A stretch of DNA of 64,000 nucleotides. Origin: Amphiscolops sp. MND2022. Taxonomy: Eukaryota. Shown piece after piece: positions 11,740-24,556 of the stretch. The stretch's first letter is position 1. The number at the start of each line of letters is the position of its first letter. The notes beneath the pieces are model-generated. The model made no database searches. It saw only the letters and a program-made list of their open reading frames with translations, and was not told the origin of the DNA. Location: NCBI GenBank assembly GCA_964187785.1, contig OZ076416.1:28520001-28584000 (forward strand), written 5' to 3'. Made by a program: the position numbers and the translations under genes.

Positions 11740-11881
11740 TGTAACGGCTGCTTGCCTTTATCCTGCGCTGAGGCTTGACAAGCTTTACGCCGCCCTGATC
11801 CGTTGCTTAGTGCTGTGGACCGTCACTAAACAATTCCTGGTTTCTTATTTTAAAGGACTGTATCTTTTGACTGGTGGGTCC
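11740..11881 (-). repeat. 5' LTR (visible part) of the BEL-derived element
   Basis: 141/142 identical to 6623-6764; runs into the N gap. Confidence 0.85.
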
Positions 11882-12081
11882 NNNNNNNNNNNNNNNNNNN
11901 NNNNNNNNNNNNNNNNNNNNNNNNNNNNNNNNNNNNNNNNNNNNNNNNNNNNNNNNNNNNNNNNNNNNNNNNNNNNNNNNNNNNNNNNNNNNNNNNNNNN
12001 NNNNNNNNNNNNNNNNNNNNNNNNNNNNNNNNNNNNNNNNNNNNNNNNNNNNNNNNNNNNNNNNNNNNNNNNNNNNNNNNN
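11882..12081. other. Assembly gap (200 N)
   Basis: Run of N; the true length is unknown. Confidence 1.
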
Positions 12082-12212
12082 AATCGCTTTTGAACGAAAA
12101 ATAGATGATACATGTTTTGATTACTTTGATTGGTCAAAAATCGTGTTCACAGAGAATTAAAGTACATGTATGCGGCTGAAATTAAGATCGGGGACAATGT
12201 TTTAATTCACTG

Positions 12213-13431
12213 GGGTACAAGACATATTGCCTTAATTCCATATTGCTTAATGCCATATTGTCTAAATTTGTGGACATATTGCTTAATAACTTTTAAAGCA
12301 ATATGGTAATGCCATATTGCTTAATTTTGTGGACATATTGCTTATTAATTTTTTAAGCAATATGGATGTGTTTTTCACATTGAGTAATGAGTGATGAATC
12401 GAGTAATGCGTCGGATCTAAGTGACACTTATAACACGTGCCTCGGATATGTCCCCCATTTCCTCTAGTGGCCCGCGGCCCCTTGGGGCCGCTTATATTCC
12501 CATCTTGCTAAGCGAGGTCGAACAGGAGGTAAAGACCTAGCGGGAACGGAGATCGCGAAGCGATCGTAGTGGGAGCTGGTCTTTGCGACGGTGAGGGCGA
12601 GCGTGCATACATCGCATATGCCCCACATTATATTTTCGCTTTCAGAACACAGATCATGAAGGCGTTAGACCTAAGTATTTTAGATAAAATTAGATCTGAT
12701 AGTTAGACCTACCGTTAAATCTAATTCCATACGGTGGGGTATTTTTGGATCAAATTTTTGTGTGAGCGAAAAGCGAGATCGAAAATGGATCGAAGGTTTT
12801 GAGATCGAATTTTTCCGGTTTTGGTAGGTTTTTGCTCCTGTAAAGTGTTTAAAAGCGTTTGAAATTGTTTAGGTAGTTTTCCCCACCTAATATGGGATCA
12901 TATACGATGTATGCACGCTCGCCCTCACCGTCGCAAAGACCAGCTCCCACTACGATCGCTTCGCGATCTCCGTTCCCGCTAGGTCTTTGTGTTCGACCTC
13001 GCTTAGCAAGATGGGAACATAAGCGGCCCCACGGGGCCGCGGGGCATTAGAGGAAATGGGGGGCATATCCGACGGCCAAAAACATTGTTATTTGAAAACG
13101 CTAGGTATTTGAAAACATGGATTCGATCTCATTTTCTTTGACCATTTTACTTCGATCTCAGTGACAGATTGTATATTCGCGCAAATTCATTCGATCCAAA
13201 CGCCCACCGCCATTCCATACGACACATATCATACTCAGAACACATATTAGATCATAAGACCTATTAGATCATATTAGACCTAAGGTCCATATTGTACTGT
13301 ACTAGGTCCATATTGCTTAAAATGATGTCCATATTGCTTAAAATGATGTCCATATCGCTTTAAAAATTTTAAGCAATTCGTACACGGTCGATTTTTAAGC
13401 AATATGGCATTAAGCAATATGACTTGAAGCC
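12213..13431. mobile_element. Mutator(MULE)-like non-autonomous DNA transposon (MITE)
   Basis: 9-bp TSD AATTCACTG at 12204-12212 and 13432-13440. Imperfect TIRs GGGTACAAGACATATTGC / GGCTTCAAGTCATATTGC. Subterminal CCATATTGCTTAA repeats are inverted at the two ends. Confidence 0.8.
12442..13072. repeat. Long internal inverted repeat (arms ~180 bp, 12442-~12625 and ~12895-13072)
   Basis: For example CTTGCTAAGCGAGGTCGAAC...GGTCTTTGCGACGGTGAGGGCGAGCGTGCATACATCG appears reverse-complemented in the right arm. Confidence 0.9.
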
Positions 13432-14222
13432 AATTCACTGGTCTGCTTATTGGTTGGTCTTCTTATTGGTTGGTCTGCTTGTTAGGCTAGCTCCACACCG
13501 CTTATGTTCCAATCTTGCTAAGCGAGGTCGAACTGGAGCAAAGACCTAGCGGGAACGGAGATCGCAGTGGTATCTGGTCTTTGCGACGGTGCGGGCGAGC
13601 GTAGTGGGAGGATAAGCAATCGTAGTGGGATCTTGTCTTTGCGACGGTGAGGGCGAGCGTGCATACACCAAGTTTGCCCCATTTTTCAGTTTTTAGTTCA
13701 CATTCCTTTAAATCTTATTCGGTGGAGCTCTCAGTATCTTGTGTGAAGGATGTCCAGTCTGTAGAATTCAATGATCCAGTTTGTGGAGTTCAATGAAATG
13801 ATCCAGTTTAAAAAAAAAAACAATTCTACACACTGGACCACAAGTCTACAGACGGGTATTCTAAAAACTGAACCTAGTTCCTGCGATTCGTCGGTAGGCG
13901 AAAATTCAAGAATATTTGGTATGAGGTGGAGCGAAATACAGGACTCCAATAACCTAATTCATCGAATCGAAAGTTGTAACTACGTTATTTTTCTCGTAAG
14001 CGCGGTATTGTTTTAATACACCAGCTCTATCCAATACCCAGAATAGGAATCTTAAGTTAATATACTTGAAGTTGTCAAATTCAGGAAAACAAAAACGAGT
14101 GACTTATTGGCAAGCTTTCCGAATGTCTTTCATTTCCAACCTATCAAAGTATCTAAAATATATACAGACAACTTTCAGTTAAAGAAACAGAAACATAGAT
14201 CACTGAGTGATTAACAAGACAG

Positions 14223-15290
14223 TCAACTGCCAAACTGAAACATAAAATTCAGTTTGTGGGTCTGGAATTCATCTCGCGAGTTGTGGGCCAGCTTCCTTCG
14301 GCAAATAAAAACTGCTTCAAGGGCCAACATCCATCTCGGTTTTAGAATAGAAGTTTCGGACCATGTGTCGTATCCCCCCTCGCAAGCGGTCGCATCAAAT
14401 CTAAAAGAAGTCGTTTTACAGTTAAAGTATTCTTTCATCTGCTTTTTCATTCAATTTTTGGAGAATATCAGTTCCGAAGTCTTTCCTGATATTGTTGAAA
14501 ATGTTCTTTTTGTGGTTTTTTGGTTTCATCGGTTGCTTTTGGATACAATTGTAAACTCCTTAGAGGGCACTGTCATGTATGAGAAAAGACCCCAGTGCGC
14601 ACGTCGTTTTTGTATAAAGACCGAGATTTCTTGAGTTTTTGTCATGCTGTACAACTCGTTGTTATGGATAGTTTTTGGATATCTAATATCGAGAGCACTT
14701 CTGAGTTGTTCATGAAATATTTTGAGCTGGTTGTTGGTCACATTGCTCATCCATGTGCTGGCATTGTAGACTAGTGCGGATCTCACATAAGTGTTGTAGA
14801 TGGCTATTTTCTGAGGGGATCTTGATATATGGGTTTTTCCAGATCTCATTGTATTGCAATCAATGACAGTCTCTTACGATTATTGATGTCCTCTCCATCC
14901 TCCATACAACTTCCGAGTTTTTCAATCTCAATTCTGAGTTCACTGGGGTCTAAGTCCATAATTTCTGTCTTGTCTTTTATTCAGTTTCAGTTGGTATTCG
15001 CTGAACACTTTCTCTACAGTTTTTATCAAAGTCTGGATGTTTTCATCAATTTTGGCACATGAAATCCACGTCATGTGCATATTCTTTATGCATTGGCAGT
15101 TTTGATTCATCTCTACTGTAGTTTTGTTCAATTTTTCTCAAAGGTTTCCGCAATCTATCCACATCATCTAGGGCTTGCTGCAAATAGAGAGTGAATAATT
15201 TTGGCGACAGACTGTCTCCCTGTGGTACTCCAATGTTTGTTCTGAATGTCTCACCAAGGATTTTGCATTTTTTTACAGTCAATAAGCGGT
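14223..15290 (-). mobile_element. 5'-truncated, frameshifted non-LTR retrotransposon (RTE-like) RT C-terminal half
   Basis: GVPQGDSLSPKLFTLYL; EYAHDVDF (YADD degraded); YQLKLN; KIAIYNTYVRSALVYNASTW...LRSALDIRYPKTIHNNELY. The motifs are spread over three frames. Confidence 0.85.
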
Positions 15291-16019
15291 TGCAGGGGAA
15301 TTTAAGACACAAGGTCCAAATACAAAATGTCGACGTGACTGTACAATAAACAACTGCCGAAACTTCATCAGGACGTTTACTTATGAATTTTGAAGAAACT
15401 CTGATTGATCTCTCAGGGGGAAACCCCTTGTGGGAAAAAACCCACTAAAGTCTTATTAATAAAAATATTCGAAATAAACATTGGAAGAACTGTCATGTAA
15501 TAGAAATTTTTGTGAAGTAGGGTAGTTTAAGAAGCTACCAGAAGTTGTTCACATTGTACCGAGATGATCAACAGAAATCTTCTGCGCGAAATCGGTAACT
15601 GATAGTTGTCTATTGAAACTTTTAGTGCTATTGATCTTGATTATCTTTAGCTTGACTTTGGGTTATTCGGTCTTCGTCATTCAGCTTCTCATTCAAGGCT
15701 ATGTGAACTATCACCTAATTATCAACCCGAAGTATTTGTTTTTATAACATTCAATACACAACCGGTTTCAAACACTTTCAAAATACTATTAGTCGACGTC
15801 GTTTTAATCAAATTTTAAAATTATTGATGTCTACAAAAACATGGAGAATAATGAATGACCACAGAAATGGATGAACTCGTTTTATGAACTATTGGGCTTT
15901 GTTGCCCTTCCATTTTTGATTGTCAGTGAATGTCAGCTCAAAATGTTCAACTTTTAGATTTTAGAATGAAAATTGATCCCATGTGATGACTCGTCAGTAG
16001 ACCAAATAGAAGTGACACA

Positions 16020-19000
16020 ATGTCTCAAAGCAACGCGAATGCAATTGCGGTTTCTTACCGTTTACAACCCCCTGAAGAACTTGTCTTCAAAGGTTTGTAT
16101 ATTCATGGAATTGATAAACAATAGTCTAAAACATTTTAGCAAGTAATTTTTTAATTTTGCCCAAGCTGTTATAATATTGATGAGCAAAAAAGTCAATGTG
16201 TAAAAAAGCTTTTCGATCATATGATCATCATCAGTTATCTGCAACACACAAAATCACTTTACAAAAACAGGCTAATAAGCACAAAAAAATACAATGGTAA
16301 TACATGTTATAATATTGATTTGGTTTCATAGATTGACTTTTCATCTGACTACTCGAAATGCACCATTGAGTTCCTGATGTATGCGAGAATGGATGGAGAT
16401 GCACAATTATTGAACAATCTAGATATTTTCAATGAAAGCTTTGAGGGAAATTCTTTAAAAGCTTGTAACTGTCGGTTTTCCTCGTTGGTTGAATCCATGA
16501 TGTCTTTTAGGGCCTTTCTCCGATTACGTCAGCCAACGACTTAAAATTGAAAATACAGGAGAAACCCCAATTGGTTTCAAGGTGAAGACAACAACTCCCA
16601 AAAAATTCAGCGTCAAACCGAACATGGGATGCATCGAAGCGCATGGTAGTCAAGACATCATAAGTTAGTTTTTACATGTTTTTACATGGTTTTAAATTGG
16701 GTTTCAAACGTTCAGTTCCAATTTGATGTTCAATTTTATTTAGTTTCACTTCATTCATTCACTTACGATCCGAATGACAAGACGAGACACAAGTTCATGG
16801 TTCAGATTGTGTCTCTAACTGCTGTCACTGAGTCTGCGGCCGTTGAATCTATGGTAACATTTTGAAATTAATTTCCATCCTTATTTTTAGTCGGCGCTTT
16901 TCTTTAGAAAAGAGTCGACTATAGTCATGGCTTTTCGTCAGTGTTTTTTTAAGACCACCTGAACTGACCAAAATAGTTCTACAAAATATTATTGCACCAT
17001 TTGGCCTAGCGAACTGAACCAAAGAGGTTTTTCCTGTTTTCCCGCGTAACATACCATACCGGGCGAGTCCAAAGGGTCCCCCCTTTCAGTTTTTTTCGGC
17101 ATTGTGAGACTTTTTTTCCGGAAAAAAAATTTCCCCAAAGGGTCCCCGTCAATTTTTTGATGTTTTGCGACAAAATGGATGTTGAAAACCCCCCAAAGGG
17201 TCCTCCCTTTGAGTTTTTTTCGGGATTGTGAGACTTTTTTCCAAAAATTTTTTTCATAAAAGGTTCCCCAACTCACCAATACTTTGACATATTGAAGTCC
17301 TTTTGCTATTTTTGAGCCTTAGATATTGCGCCGACTTGGGCCGGTCCCGGCTTGTTTCTTATTCGCAGAACAATGGGACGCCACATGCTGAAACCCCGTA
17401 TTCGGAAGTCCGCAAAATGAGCAGACCAGCCAAAAAGCAGAAGTAATATTCGTTTCATTAAGCAGACTCGAAATTTTTGATTGGTCGAAATTGTGTTCGC
17501 TGAAACTTTCAAGTCACTGGAATCGAAACACAATTCGAAATAAGATAACGTAGTGAGTTCAGTTGAATCCCACAATTAGGTACCTGCGCTATTGCGTAAA
17601 GCTCGTAACTTCGTAACAATACTAATTTCCCTACTCCGTAACGTAGCGTAACGTAACTTTTTTATGGCGTAGGTCTCAGTATAACATACCTCCCGTGAAG
17701 GTATTTAATACCGGAATTCAACTATAATTTTTTTATTTTGTTTGCCGGCGCAAGGTAAGTATCCTCAAGCGCAGCGAGCGCCTGGCCCATATGCCGCCCG
17801 CATAGTAAGCGTAACATGTAGCTGTGGAGATTCCAAAACCGATCAACAACGCAAAAATGTTCTTATCGTTAACTGGTCTAATCATAGTCTCCGCAATGTA
17901 TCTGGTTTTTGGCTGGTCTACTTTTTACACTACTTCCGTTCGGGAAAAGCGAGTGTAATATGCCCTTGAAGAGAGGGCAAGTCAACAATAAGAGAGAAGT
18001 ATCAGATACACTGTAAGTTGAAGAGCTTCCTTACTGTGTCAGTGGTGATCCCAATGATATAAATCTGGAATCGGATACCTTTTCAAGATCAAATATTGTT
18101 GCGCCAATATTTGAAATTGGTGTGTCATTCATCTAACGATTAGAATTTCAGCGGTGTACAGACTGCTTCGGCTTCAAAAGCAAGAATTTTCTAAAATGTT
18201 TTTTTTTTTGTAATTGATGACTCTGTTGTCAGATTAAGGACTACGAGCGTAACAACCCCACCAAGTTACGAGAAAGCAAGTTGAGAGTGGCAATAGTGCC
18301 GGCCGATGCAGACTTACAACAGAATGCCAGCAGGAACGGCAACGTGTACCCGCCTCCCCAGCAGCCGGTGGGTGGCTCGTCCGCAAGTTCAGGAGGCACC
18401 GGGGGTAGTGGGACTGCATCTCTCAACCCAGGCAATCTTCCCAACATAGACGACTTTAGACAGCTCGAAATGGATGTGTCAACGCTGAGAAATGAGAATT
18501 CACAACTTAAGGTAGGTTGTCTTATTCTGGACTAATATTTGATCAGGGATCGGAACACAGCCAGTCTTATACGGTGTTTTTACTCGGCGCTTTTTGTAAC
18601 AACACGTGCCGGACTCTTACAGAGGCAGTTTTTTGGGTCAGACCCAATACTGAATGGTCAACTTTCTTTTGTTGAACTTGTTCAACTTCCTGGGTGATTT
18701 CATGTCGTGAAGCAAAATGTATCTAGAACCATATTACAAAGCTAGAAAATAGCAAAGGGCCTCCCTTTGAAGTCTTTCGACACTGTGCGACCTTTCGAAG
18801 AGTTCAATTTCCCCAATGGGTTCCCCTTTGCTTTTTGATTTCGAGATAAGAGGTTTTTCCAGCCAATTTTTTTTCGGCAATGTGCGATTTTCCCGAATTT
18901 TCATGGAATCAACTTTTCAGCATATTCGTAAGACTTTCCACTTTTGGCGCCTCAAGTGTTTCGCCGAGTTGAGACGTTCTTGTCTTGTTATATGATTGTA

Positions 19001-21392
19001 GGTTACGTTCTGCGGTAGGTGAGGTGTCTGCAGGAGGTATTCCGAAGAGGGTGATTGTCTATTTGGCCGAGTTGTATGTAGTTATCAAAGCTGTATCAGG
19101 TCAAAACAAGTTGACTAGAAAAAAATTAGGGAAAAATTTCTAGACAGGATCAAGTGTTTCTAAAAAGTTCCTTTCCCATTCAAACAACTTTGATCCCTTT
19201 AGTTCAAAAGTGTTATTGCAAAAACTAATAAAAAGGAATATGCAACATCAAATATACACTGTTCAATTTGAAGAGAAATCCCAGTTACATAAATTTTTAC
19301 ATTAAAACTTTCAGAACTGGAATAAAACCTCCATTTTTCAGAAAAAAAACACGTAATCTCTGCTGATGTAACGACTGATGACAGAATATTGGCTCGTTAA
19401 TCTTGTGACAAATGCCATCTACAGTAGCCTTCTGAAATATCGCTATTCTTTTGCTTAAAGTAAAATTCGGTGACTACTATGTTGAAAACTGCTTTAAATG
19501 CAAAAATTGTCAGCTAGGAAAGTTTTTCAAAAATTCTTTTTGCTTTCAAGAACGTTTATTTGAAATGCTGACCAAAATTATAAAAGTTAGGAATTGCTAA
19601 ATTCCAAAGTTCTTGCCAAATATTTGCCACAAATCTGTATTGCTCGAAGACAATAGTGTACATTTTATAAACTCAAATGAAGATAAATATCAACAAGTAT
19701 ATTCAAGTCTATAACAAGTACATAAATATAAAGTGAGAAGTATCAGATTCCTCTTCGTATTTTTCATTCAACTTGTCATTTGATGTTGATGGAATCAATG
19801 AACTTAGTTGAAGTCCGAATTGACTTGATGGAATTGGTGTGCAAGGTATTACCAGGGAGGATGATCCGTCTTTTCCCCGTGATCAGCGGGTGTTTGATCG
19901 ATTTGTTCACGCTCTACATTTCATTAATACCGTTTGCAACACGAGGCGGCGGTATGTATAGACTTATTCGATTGATTGGTCGGTGAGTTGCGTTCGTCAT
20001 TTGGGGGCATCATTTGTTCAAGCAACGTTGCTGAGGATTACCAGTCGTGAAATTACCCAAATCAATACAAGTTTTACCCATTGTGCATTACGCAATGCAG
20101 AAATTAAAAGACAAAAATTAGCATGTATGTAACGGCAAACCTATCAGATGGATCAGTTTTTAACGCGATTTCCCTTCTTTTGGAATCTCGAAGCAAATGT
20201 GCTTTTTCTATGTCAGTTATCGTTTGGCATTTTGGCAAGTTGAAAATGCTGAGAAAAGGAGAACGAAAATGATTGAATTGTTTACTTGTCAAATAGCTCG
20301 TTTTGTTTACTTTCTCCAAACATTTGAACCGCTGAAAATTGTGTTCGACTAGCGAACTCTTTATATTGTTAACGAGCTTTCGGGTGAATAGCTTGCAGCC
20401 TCGATTTTTGCCAGCGCGCTTTTAGTCGGCGCGTTTTCCTTTTAAGGAAAAATGCCCGACTATAGCAGTGACCTTTTTTTTTCTTCAGACTACAATCCTC
20501 ACACTGATCGGTCCACTTTTTACAATCCTGAGCAGAGCACCTGAGGCCAAGTCCGCCCAAGGCAAACTTTACTCCCCAAGGGTCCCCCCTTTCATTTTTT
20601 ACTTTTTCAAGGAAACATACAAAACCGGACGTGCCCAAAGGGTCCCCCTTTGGATTTTTTTTCGGCACTGTGCGACTTTTTTTCGAAAATTTTTTAATGT
20701 CCCCAAAGGATCCCCCCTTTGAGTTTTTTGATATTTTGCAACGGAATGTTTGTTAATAAATCCAGAAGGGTCCCCCCTTTTACATTTTTCGGCACTATGC
20801 GACTTCTTTTGAAAGAAAATTTTTTTTCAAAAATTTCAATTTTTTTTCCAAAAAAAGTGTTTTACGCTTTTTGAGCCTTAGATATGGCGCCGACTTTAGA
20901 CGTTCTCGTCTTGTTCGAATTAAACAGGCCCTTAATGTTTTGTCCATTTAGGGACCGCTCATGCCGTAAATTTCTCCGTAACCTACAAAAATATCGGACC
21001 TTGATCGATTCAGCTTTTTGGCGCTGGGTTTTTCGGCGCTATGAGACTTTAACAGAAAGAGCAAGTTTTCAAAATAGTTTTTTTTAATTTTTCGAGTTCT
21101 GGAAAAAGCGCGTAGCTACTGTCGAACAAATTGTGTGGCTGGACAAACTGGATTTATTTGTTCAGCAATGAACTCTACCTAACAGTTAGACCATGTTTAG
21201 GAGCAGAACGCGTACCAGAGGCGGCAGATAGCGCAGTTGGAGAGAGGGGGTAAGTCGAATGGGGACGTGAGTGGTGGGGGGCTACAGAGTGACTCATCTG
21301 GCAGTGCCATGCAGAGGATGGCATTTCTCATTCTAGTCCTTTTCATCGGAATGATCATGGGCTTCTACATCTCACACAGGACCTCCAAGTAG
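16020..21392 (+). CDS. VAP: VAMP-associated protein (VAPA/VAPB family; MSP domain, coiled coil, C-terminal TM), 268 aa
   Basis: Exons 16020-16092, 16511-16663, 16744-16853, 18233-18511, 21201-21392 (807 nt, all GT-AG, in frame). Motifs: LQPPEELVFKGPF, FKVKTTTPKKFSVKPN, YDPNDKTRHKFMVQ, ESKLRV, LRNENSQLK, TM FLILVLFIGMIMGFYI with GxxxG. Confidence 0.95.
16889..17356 (+). mobile_element. HINE/DINE-1-like family A, complete copy (VAP intron 3)
   Basis: 5' AGTCGGCGC inside a hairpin, internal CCAAAGGGTCCCCC subrepeats, 3' GCGCCGACT (17328-17336) followed by the GGGCCGGTCCC hairpin and CTTGTT; T-rich flanks and no TSD seen. Confidence 0.7.
20424..20915 (+). mobile_element. HINE/DINE-1-like family A, complete copy (VAP intron 4)
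   Basis: AGTCGGCGC at 20424, GCGCCGACT at 20887-20895, same internal repeats. Confidence 0.7.
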
Positions 21393-24041
21393 AAACAGAA
21401 GTCAGGGGGCAACTGACAAGGACTGAGTTAATGCGAACATGAGATATCCACACTCAGAAAATACCTTAACCGCCACTTTGAAACTTCTAGATATCCAATT
21501 CAATCCGATCTTTATTCACTGATAACAACGTTGCTGAAGACGAATTATGGGAGACATTGTTAGTTACTGAAAACTGGAGATCACCGTTGTCCACCTGTAT
21601 TTCAGAACATTGTAATCCACCTGAGAATATCAGAGTAGAGAAGCGCATCTTCTTGTATCATACCTTTCACGCCCACCCACAGATCCTCTAGTTCTTGTTG
21701 CAAGCCGCAGCTTACCATACAAGCCGCAGCTTTTGTAATCATCGTCGCGTGACCACCTCATCTAACGCACGGAACTTCGCAAAATTAGCTCTTTTTTTTG
21801 CAAAAATGTAAGAAAACTTTGCAATTTATAAAGGAACATAAGATGTGATTTCTTGAAATGGTCAAGGTCTTATAGAATTGGTTGTTGAATATTCCTAATT
21901 TGCAACGAGGGAATTGCCGATCGAACTAGCTGCCAGTTTTGGTATCTTTTGCAGACGCTGATAACATCAGTTAATGCAAGAATTCAACTCTCAATATAGA
22001 AATTTGAAGTAGTGCGGTGCGAATTTTAATTTGATAGTTGTTGTTACTTAGCTGTTACTTAACGATGTTCAGACGTACTTCTTCATTTATTGTTGTACTT
22101 CGCAATCTTATGTCATACAGTGTGTGGATGTTTTTTACCGTTCATCAATGGAGATTTAAAAATTATTCATAAAAATAATCACAGGAAGTCGAAAACATTT
22201 TGCACTGGAAACCCATGCAATGATCTTCCGGGTCAGATTTCCCATAGAGTTGCTCAAATCATGTTTGTCCGCCAAATATGTTTAAAATGTGTTTTTAAGA
22301 TTGCACCGGTGCATTGAACAATTAGTGAATCTACTTATGTAGTGCCTGTAGTAACTGTAAAATCTGCAAAACCCTATTGAAAGACATGAATTAAAACCCA
22401 AACTACAGAATAGCTATGTCCCATATTAGTCATTCAAAATTAATTTCCATCTTCGGCGCTGCCCTCAAAACAAGGAAATACCTTCAGTGTGCTTCTGTGT
22501 TTATCTCATACAATTTATAACACGGTAGTTGTTGATGTTTTTAATTAGCCCGCCATTTCCGAGCCCTTTGTCCCTACCCAGCCCGGTCTCGGACGCTCAT
22601 TGTTGATACTGTTAGATCCTAAAATTCTTGCCCTGTCCCAAGTTTTTGGCCGCTCTTGGTTTCACCCGGCCGTGTTAATGTTCCAGTGTCGCTAATTGTT
22701 TTCATATCTCCTGTACTTTTTCAGTCACATGTTTTTTGGTCTCGGTTGCCATTTCAACTCAATGAGCTGGTATCTTCAAGTTGAGCATATAAAAGGGTAT
22801 CGATCATTGCCAACACAGTTTTCAAAGCGGAGATAGGAATAGAAGTGTTTTCTGTGTTGCTATGCCTGTTGATAAAATTCAATTCTAACAAATGCATCCG
22901 ATATTGTCTAATAACAAGGCTTCTTCAATCAGCAGTAAGCACTTTCAATTTACCATATCAGGGTTAGCCTATTTTGAAACACATATTGATAAAGAAATTT
23001 GTCAAAACATATGAAAATGTTTTTTTTTAAATTTAAAAAACATGCTTAATTATATTTAAATATTCTGAATTAAAGTCACGCCCCTATTGAAAATGACTGA
23101 TTGCTTTGATGTTTGAAATAGCTCGGAAAGAAAATTTCGTTCTTGTTTTATAAAACGAACCGACATGTCTCCACATGCTTGCACTTTGATGATTTCAGAT
23201 GTTTTTGTTGCTTCTTCCAAGTTTTTGAAATATCTCCTAGAAATATCACTTTTTTAAAGCAATTTATTTTTTGCATGTGAAACAGTATTTTTTTCCGATT
23301 ATAGACTCCCAATGGACCCATTTGGTTCTTAGAAAATCTTCGGTCGATGCAGTTGATCGCGTGATAACATTCGACTGCTGAGTTGCCTTGTTATTATTAC
23401 ATGGATGCATCCGAATGTACCATAAAGAGGGTCTTTGTTTTCGACCCCTGTTGTCCATACCCCGTAGTCGTTGTCTTCTGGTGATGACCCACCCCACGTG
23501 TCAGCAGAAGGACCAACTAGCCCCTGTTGGTTTTAATGAATGGTTCAACTATTTATACAATTAATTTTGCATATTTATATTCATTCAATTTTGGTTTAGT
23601 TTTCTGCAAATATTTCGATGACGAAATTACTAATTGTTCATTCACTAGAATTTTTTCAATAAATAGAACACTTTGTTTTTGGTGGTGCAGTTCAGACTTG
23701 CAGAAAGGTAGCAATAGGAGTGAAAATGTTTTTTTGCGGTCAAAGAGTTTACAGTTTGCTTTGAATTTTGGAGGTTTTCTGTTCGAGAGCATGAACACTT
23801 TACGATCAGACAGTTACAGGTAGTGAGCAGTGATTCATAATTCAGTTATTAACAGCATTCATACTTGTTGAAACGGATTGATCAGGCTTGAATCTCAAGT
23901 CATTGCTGTCGTATCGGTCATAATATCTGTCCTAGTGAAAACTTGTGATATAGCTAATAGTGGCACACCGCTTCGTTCCTTCAATTACTTCACTGATGAC
24001 AAGAGCCCAATTATAGTTATAGATTTGGAGTCTATTATTAA

Positions 24042-24556
24042 TATTTCTGCTTTAGCAGGAATATTATTGAAATCCGAAAATGTCTACTTTTTTTCAGTAC
24101 AATTCTTGGGACGATACTGAATAATTCAGATATTTTGTTCGGCAGTTTCGCGTGAGAATTGAATTCATCAAGCTGTCGACGACAATTCAATTCTAGTGCG
24201 ATGGAATGATCGAGTGGTAATTATCCATTCGTATGCTGACGTCATTGAGATGAAGCGAGCGAATATTCGTAATTGTGCTTTCGTTGCCCCGAGTTAGAGA
24301 TGAAGCGAATGAGTGTTAATTATTCGTTCACGGAGAGCTTCGCCTGCATTCAAATGCGAATGTGAAACTTCGTCTACGCTTAGTAGTTATATTTTCTTTA
24401 GTCCGAGAAGAATTAAAGGCGGTGTAAACTTGTACAGTGATTAATTGTGCGCTAAATAATGATTAAACAAGAGTGTATTGGTATTCCAGATATGATTCTT
24501 TTATTAATGAAAGATTAAAGCAGAAATAGTACTGAGCCCCGGATGGGCCTATTTTT
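24042..24556 (+). mobile_element. HINE/DINE-1-like family B, complete copy
   Basis: subTIRs TATTTCTGCTTTA (24042) / TAAAGCAGAAATA (24516), 5' hairpin TATTTCTGC-TTTA-GCAGGAATA, 3' hairpin GCCC-CGGAT-GGGC then CTATTTT. The core is shared with 43630-44105 and 55652-56565. Confidence 0.7.

Larger units (their letters stand above)
6623..11881 (-). mobile_element. BEL/Pao-derived LTR retroelement, apparently non-autonomous; 5' LTR cut by the assembly gap
   Basis: Direct repeats 6623-6764 and 11740-11881 (142 bp, 1 mismatch, beginning TGTAAC). PBS next to the right repeat. The C-terminal ORF ends KRPVVKLAPMFYESVFREKNRAGNV, typical of the BEL post-integrase (DUF5641-type) tail. Confidence 0.8.

Noticed and set aside
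11633-12160. Track ORFs spanning the poly-N gap
   Set aside because: Artefacts of translating N; the real parts are LTR and leader sequence.
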